Shown here piece by piece: positions 20,543 to 29,417 of a stretch of DNA of 40,918 bases. Under the pieces are notes generated by a model. That model made no database searches. It was not told where the DNA came from and saw only the letters and a list, made by a program, of their open reading frames with translations. The stretch's first letter is position 1, and each line of letters opens with the position of its first letter. Position numbers and translations under genes: made by a program. Source of the stretch: Bacteroidales bacterium (GTDB lineage: Bacteria; Bacteroidota; Bacteroidia; Bacteroidales; JAADGE01); the NCBI GenBank assembly GCA_029934705.1, contig JAOZLS010000002.1, forward strand, positions 1 through 40,918, written 5' to 3'.

Positions 20543-20688
20543 GCTTAAAGTTTTATATTTATAATTTTTGTCAAATTTAGTAAAAATTTTAACTAAGTTA
20601 TAAAAATATTGTTGCTTAAATTAATGTTTAAAATCATATAAAAACAATTTCTCTGCAACTTATAAAATTAATACAAATGACAGCCTAA

Positions 20689-22116
20689 TTATTCAGAGGC
20701 TAGTATATTAAAATAGAATTTACTTCCTATATTTACTTCACTTTCAACCCAAATTTCTCCACCATGTTTCTCAACAAAATCTTTGCAAAGAATTAACCCT
20801 AGTCCTGTTCCCAATTCATTTTCAGTTCCTTTTGTGGATGCACTAGCAGTAAAATCAAACATTTTCAATTGCCTTTCCTTTGAAATCCCAACGCCATTAT
20901 CTTCAATTAATATTTCTATTTTTTTTAGATTGTTAATTATTTTAAAATATGCATTTATTTTTATTTCACCTCCTTGAGGGGTAAATTTTATTGCATTTGA
21001 TATTAAATTTCGAATAATTGTTGACAACATATTTTCATCAGCTATTACATTTATCTCTTTAGAAATTTGATTTATCAATGTAAGATTCTTACTAATCGCA
21101 GTTTGTTTAAGTAATTCAATTGCATTTTCAGTTATTAAAAAGAGATTGTTGTTTTTTGGTTCAAACTCAATATTACCACTTTGTGAACGAGACCAAATAA
21201 GTAAATTTTCAAGTAATTTAAAAGCATTTTGCATTGAGTTGTGCATTATTCCAATAAAATTTTTTGATTCTTCTGCTGTATAGTCGTCAAAGTTTTCAAT
21301 TAATAATTGAGAAAAACCAAGCATTGAATTAAATGGACTTCGTAAATCATGTGATATTATTGAGAAAAAACGGTCTTTTGTTGCATTTGATTCTTCCAGT
21401 TCTGCTGTTTTTTGAAGAATGTTTTCTTGTTGTAATATTATTTCTTCATTTTTTTGGCTTAAATCTTCATTTTTAATAAGGACTTCATTATAGAGTTGCT
21501 CTGTTTTTTGTTTCTCAAGCTTGAGCAAATAACTTGATTTAAAAATATTATAATTTAGTTTATTTTGTATTCTGTTTACTGCAAACCCAAATACAATAAT
21601 CGGATACATATTTGCAATTGCAATGTATTGTTCCTTATTCACATCGAAAAAGAAAATTAAGATTGAACCAAAAATCAATGTTGGTAATAAATACATTAAA
21701 ATTGTCCTAATTAAACTTGCTTTTATCTCTAATGAAATTAGAAAAACTGCGAGTATCACCGAGGATACTACAGCAGCAAGTGAACCATCGTTTAAATGGA
21801 TAATACATTTAGCAAGTGTCATTACAAATATACTTACTATAAGAATATTATATATTTTACTTTTTAAAGGTTTAAATTTCTCTTTTGTGAATAATTGAAG
21901 AACTAAGAGTATTATCGCAATAATTAAAGGCAGTAATCTAGTATAAAAAGCGTGTATATTATTTCCTAAATCTTCTCGTATATACAAGTCTGAATATGAG
22001 TAGTATAACAAGAGTAATATTACTATTATTAGTTTTATATATAAGTTTTTTGTAACAATATCTGATAAATAGATTTTGTATTTTTCTTTAATTATTTGAT
22101 TCTCTTGAGTTTTCAT
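20689..22116 (-). CDS. Membrane-bound sensor histidine kinase
   Basis: 475 aa. The N-terminal ~200 aa contain about 6 hydrophobic helices, followed by a coiled coil, an H-box (SHDLRSPFNSM), and the N, G1 and G2 boxes (NLISNAIKFTP, DNGVGI, GTGLGL). No cognate response regulator is present in the window. Confidence 0.85.
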   Translation of the reverse strand: MKTQENQIIKEKYKIYLSDIVTKNLYIKLIIVILLLLYYSYSDLYIREDLGNNIHAFYTRLLPLIIAIILLVLQLFTKEKFKPLKSKIYNILIVSIFVMTLAKCIIHLNDGSLAAVVSSVILAVFLISLEIKASLIRTILMYLLPTLIFGSILIFFFDVNKEQYIAIANMYPIIVFGFAVNRIQNKLNYNIFKSSYLLKLEKQKTEQLYNEVLIKNEDLSQKNEEIILQQENILQKTAELEESNATKDRFFSIISHDLRSPFNSMLGFSQLLIENFDDYTAEESKNFIGIMHNSMQNAFKLLENLLIWSRSQSGNIEFEPKNNNLFLITENAIELLKQTAISKNLTLINQISKEINVIADENMLSTIIRNLISNAIKFTPQGGEIKINAYFKIINNLKKIEILIEDNGVGISKERQLKMFDFTASASTKGTENELGTGLGLILCKDFVEKHGGEIWVESEVNIGSKFYFNILASE

Positions 22117-22319
22117 CGTTTCTAATTATTTTCTTATTAAACTCCATAATTAATATTTCTATATAAGATTGAAGTACTAATCTATTATATAAATAACAAA
22201 AAACTATTTATTAATAAATTAACAACTAAACTACAAGAACTATTTATATTAAGAAATAAGACTAGTAACCCCAAACTACAAGCCTGTATAAAACATAATC
22301 CCCAAAAATCATATAAAAC

Positions 22320-23114
22320 CTAAAATGACATTCCCATAACCCAGTAAACACTTTTTGTTTCAGGATTAGTTGATATTTGTACTGATAATGGTACAGAAAA
22401 GCTGTCGGTAATTTTAATTTCTTTTACAACTTTTACTCCAACATGTACTAATCCAGCATTTTCGCCATAATATCCATTTTCGCCAATATACCCTGTTAAT
22501 AAATCGAGTTCTGCTGCCGAAGTTAAATTAGCACCAATAAAAGGAGAAAATTCAACTCCATTAATTTCGCCCGTGTAACCAAGTTCAATATAAGATGAAT
22601 ACTTTATACCAACAGATTCGTTAAAATTTGGTGAATCTACATTACTTTCAATTTTTAATACATCATCACCGTAAAAATTAACTGCAAAAAGCAAACTTAA
22701 TGGTAAATTTTCTGTACCATTAAAAGAAAGATCTGCCTCTAAAATATGCCCTGTTGTATTTTCATTATAATCAAAATAATCGGCTCCTATACCTGGGAAA
22801 TAGTAATCAAAAATAAATACAGAAAACATATCGTCTGCAAAATTAGCTCCCAAATAAATATCAAATTCTTGAAATGAGTTGTTTCCTGCAAGACCTGTTG
22901 ATCCAAAAAAACCAAAAGCTATTGGACCTGCACTTAATTCAACAAAAGGTTGTAATGCAGGAACATTCTGACCAAACTGAGCTCCTCTCCACACATATTT
23001 ACTAATAACATCAGCTCCCAAATCTAATGAGAACAAACTTTCTTCTGTTTCTTGCGAAAAAGCTGTAGTTGCAATAAGTATTATTCCAACTAAAATAGTA
23101 AGTGTTTTTTTCAT
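22320..23114 (-). CDS. Putative outer-membrane beta-barrel protein
   Basis: 264 aa. It has a signal peptide (MKKTLTILVGIILIATTAFSQ), an alternating amphipathic pattern rich in aromatics and Gly, and a C-terminal Phe (GMSF). The segment ISKYVWRG resembles the TIGR02001 (Gcw_chp) barrel family. The family call is tentative. Confidence 0.55.
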   Translation of the reverse strand: MKKTLTILVGIILIATTAFSQETEESLFSLDLGADVISKYVWRGAQFGQNVPALQPFVELSAGPIAFGFFGSTGLAGNNSFQEFDIYLGANFADDMFSVFIFDYYFPGIGADYFDYNENTTGHILEADLSFNGTENLPLSLLFAVNFYGDDVLKIESNVDSPNFNESVGIKYSSYIELGYTGEINGVEFSPFIGANLTSAAELDLLTGYIGENGYYGENAGLVHVGVKVVKEIKITDSFSVPLSVQISTNPETKSVYWVMGMSF

Positions 23115-23138
23115 AATATTAGTTTTAAAATTGTTAAA

Positions 23139-24680
23139 TTAATTAGCACCCCAACTATCTCGATCAAGGCTTCTGTATTGTATTGCTTCTGCTATATGCT
23201 CTGACAATATACTCTCTGCATTAGCCAAATCGGCAATTGTTCGTGAAACTTTTAATATTCTATCGTAAGCTCTAGCTGAAAGTCCCAATCTCTCCATAGC
23301 GTTCTTCAATAAAGATACACTATCAGCATCTAATAAACAAAATTTACTCATCATTTTAGAGGACATTTGTGCATTACTATGAACATCGGTATCCTCTTTA
23401 AATCTTTCTTCTTGAAGATTACGAGCACCTATAACTCTTTTCCTAACAACTTGGCTACTTTCACCAGATTCTGATTCGGATAATTTCCCAAAAGGGACAG
23501 GAACTACTTCAATGTGAATATCAATTCTATCTAACAACGGACCCGATATTTTGTTCAAATAACGTTGCACTGTTCCTGTAGAGCAAACACATTCTTTTTC
23601 AGGATGGTTATAGTAGCCACAGGGGCATGGGTTCATTGATGCTACCAACATAAAACTTGCTGGATAGTCAACTGTAAATTTTGCTCTAGAAATTGTAATC
23701 ATCCTATCTTCCAAAGGCTGACGCATTACTTCTAAAACTGTTTTTTTAAATTCAGGTAATTCATCCAAAAATAATACTCCGTTATGAGCCAAAGAAATCT
23801 CACCAGGTTGAGGAAAGCTACCACCTCCAACAAGTGCAACATCACTAATAGTATGGTGAGGTGCTCTAAATGGTCTTGTTGTTACTAAAGATGCGTTCTT
23901 TTCAGTTTTTCCTGCAACTGAGTGTATTTTAGTTGTTTCAAGTGCTTCTTGTAAAGATAAAGGTGGAAGTATTGTAGGTATCCTCTTAGAAATCATTGTT
24001 TTACCTGCACCTGGAGGACCAATCATTATAATATTATGACCACCTGCAGCAGCTATTTCTAATGCTCTTTTAACATTTTCTTGACCTTTAACTTCTGAAA
24101 AATCTATATTAAATAAGTTAGAATTATCAAAGAATTCTTTACGGGTATCAACAACGGTTTTTTCTAATTCCTTTTTTCCTTCAAAAAATTCTATAACATC
24201 AATAATATTATCAACACCGTAAACGTCAAGATTATTAACAACAGCAGCTTCTCTTGCATTTTCTTTTGGAAGAATAAAACCTTTAAAATCCTCGGCACGA
24301 GCTTGTATGGCAATAGGCAAAACTCCTTTTATAGGATGAATTGTTCCATCCAATGATAATTCTCCCATTATAATATATTTGGAGACCTCCTCAGATTTCA
24401 TTTGTTCCGAAGCTGCTAAAATTCCCATAGCAATGGTCAAATCGTAGGCAGATCCTTCTTTTCGAATATCAGCAGGTGCCATATTAATAACGACCTTTTT
24501 TCCCGGAATTTTATAACTATATTGTCGCAAAGCAGACTCAATTCGCTGCTGGCTTTCCTTTACTGCTGCATCTGGTAAGCCTACCAAATAAAAATTTGCT
24601 CCTCGCGAAATATTAACCTCTACAGTAATAGTTGTTGCATCAACACCTTGTACTGCACTACCATAAGTCTTTACAAGCAT
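23139..24680 (-). CDS. yifB: YifB/ComM-family Mg-chelatase-like AAA+ ATPase
   Basis: 513 aa. It has an N-terminal Lon-protease-like domain (VEVNISRG...LVGLPDAAVKES), Walker A (GPPGAGKT), Walker B (VLFLDELPEF), an MCM-like zinc/Cys cluster (CPCGYYNHPEKECVC) and a C-terminal helical domain. Confidence 0.9.
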   Translation of the reverse strand: MLVKTYGSAVQGVDATTITVEVNISRGANFYLVGLPDAAVKESQQRIESALRQYSYKIPGKKVVINMAPADIRKEGSAYDLTIAMGILAASEQMKSEEVSKYIIMGELSLDGTIHPIKGVLPIAIQARAEDFKGFILPKENAREAAVVNNLDVYGVDNIIDVIEFFEGKKELEKTVVDTRKEFFDNSNLFNIDFSEVKGQENVKRALEIAAAGGHNIIMIGPPGAGKTMISKRIPTILPPLSLQEALETTKIHSVAGKTEKNASLVTTRPFRAPHHTISDVALVGGGSFPQPGEISLAHNGVLFLDELPEFKKTVLEVMRQPLEDRMITISRAKFTVDYPASFMLVASMNPCPCGYYNHPEKECVCSTGTVQRYLNKISGPLLDRIDIHIEVVPVPFGKLSESESGESSQVVRKRVIGARNLQEERFKEDTDVHSNAQMSSKMMSKFCLLDADSVSLLKNAMERLGLSARAYDRILKVSRTIADLANAESILSEHIAEAIQYRSLDRDSWGAN

Positions 24681-24702
24681 TATATAAATTTATTTGTATC
24701 GT

Positions 24703-25275
24703 TTAAAAAACGTTGTTTTCTATAATTTCTACTAAAGAATGTATTATTTTTATATGCATTTCTTGAATTCTATCCGAATATCCTATATGTGGAACTCTAA
24801 TTTCTATATCAATTAAATCTTTAAGTTTACCGCCATTGCCTCCTGTTAAAGCGATAGTTACAATTCCTTTTTCTTTTGCTTTTTTTACTGCATTAATAAC
24901 ATTTGGTGAGTTTCCACTTGTTGAAATAGCAAGTAAAACATCACCACTATTCCCCATACTCTCAATAAATCTTGAAAAAACAAAATCGTAGCCAAAATCA
25001 TTCGCAGCACAGGTTAAAAAGCCCTGATCAGAAATTGCTAAAGCAGGAATTCCAGCTCTATCTTCCCGAAAACGTCCCGTAAGTTCCTCTGCAAAATGCA
25101 TTGCATCGCTCATAGAACCGCCATTTCCACATGAGATTATTTTGTTACCCTGTTTTATTGCTCTAACCATCTCCTGCCCTGCCCTCACTATTGAATCAAT
25201 ATTTTTTTCATCACTCATAAATTTGTTTAACAATTCAGAGGCTTGGGTAAAATTATTTTTTATTATTGATTTCAT
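24703..25275 (-). CDS. gmhA: SIS-domain D-sedoheptulose-7-phosphate isomerase (GmhA/DiaA family)
   Basis: [37 protein letters not shown] and IQEMH match GmhA-family motifs. I place the start at the ATG at 25275 (MKSIIKN); the track start at 25341 is a TTG and adds a hydrophobic non-homologous leader. It cannot be separated from DiaA-like paralogues by eye. Confidence 0.75.
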   Translation of the reverse strand: MKSIIKNNFTQASELLNKFMSDEKNIDSIVRAGQEMVRAIKQGNKIISCGNGGSMSDAMHFAEELTGRFREDRAGIPALAISDQGFLTCAANDFGYDFVFSRFIESMGNSGDVLLAISTSGNSPNVINAVKKAKEKGIVTIALTGGNGGKLKDLIDIEIRVPHIGYSDRIQEMHIKIIHSLVEIIENNVF

Positions 25276-25912
25276 TAAAATAGTTTGCTTACAATTATAA
25301 AGTATTATTATGTAAAAATATAAAATTACTAGTTTAAACAAACCCCTAATCCATAATTATTAATAAAATAATTCAATCAACAACATAACACTTTGTATAT
25401 CAACATTGTACTTATGCAAATAAAATAGTTATATAATAGTAAATACTTAGAAATAGCCTGTATCAATCATACAATAGACTCTTAATCAATCGATAAACAG
25501 ACTCATTCAATTTTAGAATTATACATATTATTCCTAATTTAACTTTTGTTGCTCAATAAATAAGTGAAAGAAAACATAAGTTTACCCCAAATACATAGTT
25601 TGGTACAATTTATGCTAACTATAGATTATGAAAAGAATATAAATCTTTAATTATTTAAAATTAAATATGTATTTTTGTAAGTTACATTTGTAAAAAAGAG
25701 TTACAAACTTGACAGTCAGCCTATTAAGCATAACAGGCCACAAAAGTAACATTAACTTTACATTATTAAATATATAATTTAATATAAAACATGTTTTAAA
25801 AACATTTATCAAAAAAAAATACTAATGAAAATTGCAAATTTCATTTTATTGGTACGTTTTTTGGAAACAAATAAATAGAACGAAAATTTTATAACTAAAT
25901 ACATTTATCAAA

Positions 25913-26122
25913 ATGGAAAACACGATTAGAGTAGAAAGAGCAAAGAAAAAAATCACACAAGCAGAATTAGCTGAAAGAGTGCAAGTTTCAAGACAAACAA
26001 TACATGCCATTGAAACAGGAAAATTTGTGCCGTCAACGGTATTAGCACTAAAGATTGCTAAATTCTTTAATATTAAGTTAGAAGACTTATTCAAATTAGA
26101 AGACTCTGACTTAAAGAAATAA
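25913..26122 (+). CDS. Small XRE-family helix-turn-helix transcriptional regulator
   Basis: 69 aa. ITQAELAERVQVSRQTIHAIETGK is a canonical HTH_3 motif. It resembles the YozG/COG1476-type small regulators. Confidence 0.85.
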   Translation: MENTIRVERAKKKITQAELAERVQVSRQTIHAIETGKFVPSTVLALKIAKFFNIKLEDLFKLEDSDLKK

Positions 26123-26156
26123 TTAATTACCTTTGCATTAAATAAATGTATTTAAA

Positions 26157-26966
26157 ATGAATGCAAAGTTAAAAGACAAAGCTTACGATATAATATTTGA
26201 AGCAGACACCAATGCCGGTAGAAACTTTGATGTTGGATTATTAATTGTGATTGTATTAAGCATTATTATTGTAATGCTTGAGAGTGTTCCTTCTATAAAA
26301 AAGGACTACGAATCGCTACTAAAAGCAACAGAATGGGTTATTACTGGTATTTTTACGCTCGAGTATTTAACAAGAATTCTTATTGTTAAAAAACCTCTAA
26401 AATATATCTTTAGCTTTTTTGGGATTATAGACTTATTATCTATTATGCCAACATTTCTAAGCCTATTTATTGGTGTTAACCACGGGCTTACTGTTATTAG
26501 AGCTCTTAGGTTATTAAGAATTTTCAGAGTTCTTCACCTACCAAAATACTTAAATGAAAGTAGAACTATTGCGTTAGCTTTGGTTAAAAGTAGGCACAAA
26601 ATAAGTGTATTCTTTTTTACTATAGTTGTATTAGTTTTAATTATAGGCACAATAATGTATCTTGTTGAAGGAGAAAAAAGCGGATTTACAAGTATTCCTC
26701 AAAGCGTATATTGGGCTATTGTTACTATAACCACCGTTGGATACGGTGATATTGCTCCTGTTACAGTTATGGGTAAAGTTATTGCAAGTTTTATGATGAT
26801 TATTGGTTATGCTATAATCGCTGTTCCTACAGGAATTATTACTGCCCAACTAACAAATACGAAAGAAGATGATGACCTTGCAGCCAGAGTTTGCCAAAAC
26901 TGTTTTAACGAAGGACACACCGATGATGCAATATACTGCAAACACTGTGGTGGAATTTTGGACTAA
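26157..26966 (+). CDS. Six-TM voltage-sensor-type K+ channel with a C-terminal zinc-ribbon
   Basis: 269 aa. S1-S4 are present, with an S4 carrying Arg at every third position (RALRLLRIFRVLHL). The K+ selectivity filter is TTVGYGD, and S6 follows. The C-terminal CQNC...CKHCG forms a CxxC-x14-CxxC ribbon. Confidence 0.9.
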   Translation: MNAKLKDKAYDIIFEADTNAGRNFDVGLLIVIVLSIIIVMLESVPSIKKDYESLLKATEWVITGIFTLEYLTRILIVKKPLKYIFSFFGIIDLLSIMPTFLSLFIGVNHGLTVIRALRLLRIFRVLHLPKYLNESRTIALALVKSRHKISVFFFTIVVLVLIIGTIMYLVEGEKSGFTSIPQSVYWAIVTITTVGYGDIAPVTVMGKVIASFMMIIGYAIIAVPTGIITAQLTNTKEDDDLAARVCQNCFNEGHTDDAIYCKHCGGILD

Positions 26967-27013
26967 TCTTAAATCACTCCAAATAAATTTATAAGACCAA
27001 TTTAAAATAGCTT

Positions 27014-27874
27014 TTAAATTAATCTTCTAATTTTCGTAAATAATTTTACTAGAAGTAGTGCAATTAAACCAACAGATATACCAAGAATAACGTCTCCAAT
27101 AATGGATGGTATATTATTAAGTAAATCATGTAAGAAATGAATATTATGAGTAAAAATACCACCTGAAACTAAAATTAGGGCTACAGTTCCTAAAATTGAT
27201 AAACCTTTAATTACTATAGGTAAGGCCTTCACTAATAATCGCCCTGTATTTCTTAAAACTGCCGTTTTCTTATTTATTAATTTATAACCAATATCATCCA
27301 TTCGTACAATTAATGCAACAATACCATATACACCAATTGTAGCTACAATAGCAATTATTGTTACAACAGGTATTTGAACTGAAAGGTCTTTTTCCACAAC
27401 TGTACTAAGTGCAATTATTACAATTTCTATTGACAAAATAAAATCTACAAGAATTGCTGATTTTATTTTCTTTTTCTCCAGCACCTTTAGTTCCTCTTCG
27501 GAAAACTTTATAACTTCAAGAATATTCTCTCCATGAGTGTGAGGAAAAAAGTATTCGTAGATTTTTTCAACACCTTCATAAGCCAAATAAACACCACCGA
27601 GCAATAATATAGGTATAATTATCCATGGTAAAAAAGCACTAAGAAGAAAAGCTAACGGAAGAATAATTAATTTATTTAGAAAAGAACCTTTAGTTATTGC
27701 CCACAAAACTGGCATCTCCCTAGAAGAAAGAAATCCTGAAGCTTTTTCGGCATTAACAGCCAAGTCATCTCCTAATATAGCTGCGGTTTTTTTTGTTGCT
27801 ATTTTAGTCATTGATGCAACACTATCCATTAGTGTAGCAATATCATCCAACAATGCAAAAAATCCTGAAATCAT
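27014..27874 (-). CDS. DUF808 (YedI-like) inner-membrane protein
   Basis: 286 aa. The N-terminus FFALLDDIATLMDSVASMTKIATKKTAAILGDDLAVNAEKASGF closely parallels E. coli YedI as I recall it. Several TM helices follow. Confidence 0.85.
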   Translation of the reverse strand: MISGFFALLDDIATLMDSVASMTKIATKKTAAILGDDLAVNAEKASGFLSSREMPVLWAITKGSFLNKLIILPLAFLLSAFLPWIIIPILLLGGVYLAYEGVEKIYEYFFPHTHGENILEVIKFSEEELKVLEKKKIKSAILVDFILSIEIVIIALSTVVEKDLSVQIPVVTIIAIVATIGVYGIVALIVRMDDIGYKLINKKTAVLRNTGRLLVKALPIVIKGLSILGTVALILVSGGIFTHNIHFLHDLLNNIPSIIGDVILGISVGLIALLLVKLFTKIRRLI

Positions 27875-28058
27875 CTTTTATTTTTTATTAATTATTAAAC
27901 GAACCTATTTTATTCAAAAGAAATGTCTAAGACCTATTTAATGCCTGCACAGAGCGTTAGTCGAAGTAGTGCTTACGCACTTGTACAAAGTTTAATTAAT
28001 CAGCAATTTACAAATAAGTAAATATGGTGAAACTTTTGTAAGACAACTAAGCTCTATT

Positions 28059-29321
28059 TTATTCAACTTTTATAATCTTTTTTGTTTGAACTTTATCATT
28101 ATAATAAATTCGCAAAACATACATTCCTGAATTCATTTCAGACATATCAATATTAATAATGTTAGAATTAAATTTTTCTGTCATCAATAGTTTTCCTGTA
28201 ATTGAAAATATTTGTGCTGTACAATTTCCTCTATAATCATTCATTTGTACTTTCAATATATCATTTACAAGAGTATTACAGTAGAAAGTTTCATTTTCAA
28301 ATAAATTATTTGCAACACTTATTGTTTGGTCAAGATTTAACTCCAGTGTAACAGGCAAATGATCCGACATGTTATAAAGAGCATTCACAACTTCGGTAGA
28401 GACACTTCCATTATAACCATCATTCACTGCATCGTTAAAATGATTTCCATCCTGCCCTATTGTTTTGTATGAATTATATTTATACTCTACCTGCTTGTTT
28501 CCATATTTAATATCATCCGAAATAAGTATTATATCAAATCTATCATCAAGACCTCCCGTAATTGCACATCCGTTTGATGTTGTATGAGTCGATTGGGTAT
28601 GATAGTCGGCATAATCATAATTATTATGCCACTCACCACTTTGGTCAATAGGGTCGTAAAATCTATAATCGCTATTGGAATAGGTTAATAGGTTTTGATA
28701 GCCAGCCTCATCAGCAGAATAAAAATTAAAATCGCCTAGTAAAACATAATTCCCAACATCATAAGAACTACCTTCTAATGTAGAGAGCAATGTTGTAGTG
28801 GCATCATCTCTATCTTCAACATCATCGGCATCGCTTCCTGCTTTTAAGTGTGCCGATATAAATGTAATAAAAATTGTATCGTTAGTCTGAGCTAAATCCT
28901 CAGATTTAACATACATTTTAAAAAAATTTATAATTCTTGGATATACATATTTAACTCTATGGCTAACAAGCCCTAATTTCCGTGAATCATAATAAATCAT
29001 ATTAATAATATCACTCCCCTCGGCATTTGCTCTTGACCACCACCATTCACCATTTGCTTCTAAAGCATTTTCAAGTAAATAATCTGCATAATAAACATCT
29101 TCATCAAGTTCATTAACACATAGCACATCAATTTTAGGACTCATTGACGACATAATTGTTTGAAGTGCAATATTTTTATCATTAATATTATTTGTTGAGC
29201 TACTACAATCATAATGAGTACCTCCATAGTAAAGTAAGTTATATTGCATAACTCTTATCGTTGATTGCGAAAAGGCATAAGTACTCGTAAAAAGCACAAT
29301 AATTAATAAATATTTTCTCAT
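28059..29321 (-). CDS. Secreted endonuclease/exonuclease/phosphatase (EEP) family protein with a T9SS C-terminal sorting domain
   Basis: It has a signal peptide (LFTSTYAFSQ). The EEP catalytic motifs appear in order: VMQYNL, CVNELD, SAHLKAG, LGDFNF, DDRFDIILIS, SDHLPV. The last ~80 aa form a beta-sandwich ending in GMYVLRIYYNDKVQTKKIIKVE, typical of Por_Secre_tail CTDs. Confidence 0.8.
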   Translation of the reverse strand: MRKYLLIIVLFTSTYAFSQSTIRVMQYNLLYYGGTHYDCSSSTNNINDKNIALQTIMSSMSPKIDVLCVNELDEDVYYADYLLENALEANGEWWWSRANAEGSDIINMIYYDSRKLGLVSHRVKYVYPRIINFFKMYVKSEDLAQTNDTIFITFISAHLKAGSDADDVEDRDDATTTLLSTLEGSSYDVGNYVLLGDFNFYSADEAGYQNLLTYSNSDYRFYDPIDQSGEWHNNYDYADYHTQSTHTTSNGCAITGGLDDRFDIILISDDIKYGNKQVEYKYNSYKTIGQDGNHFNDAVNDGYNGSVSTEVVNALYNMSDHLPVTLELNLDQTISVANNLFENETFYCNTLVNDILKVQMNDYRGNCTAQIFSITGKLLMTEKFNSNIINIDMSEMNSGMYVLRIYYNDKVQTKKIIKVE

Positions 29322-29417
29322 TCTGTTTTTTTAAAATTGTAAATCTTTTTTTAAGCAGACAAAGAATTCTACTGTGAAAAAACCAAATTAATATTAGATG
29401 AAATTATTAAAATGTTT

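Noticed and set aside
25846-26094. 82-aa minus-strand ORF overlapping the XRE gene
   Set aside because: It is antisense to a textbook HTH_3 ORF and has no motif of its own.
27940-27995. G/C-richer patch (TGCACAGAGCGTTAGTCGAAGTAGTGCTTACGCACTTGTACA) in the DUF808 / EEP spacer as another palindromic repeat copy
   Set aside because: Only 4-5-bp stems can be drawn and there is no clear similarity to the elements at 19-160 or 36901-36990. That is too weak to call.
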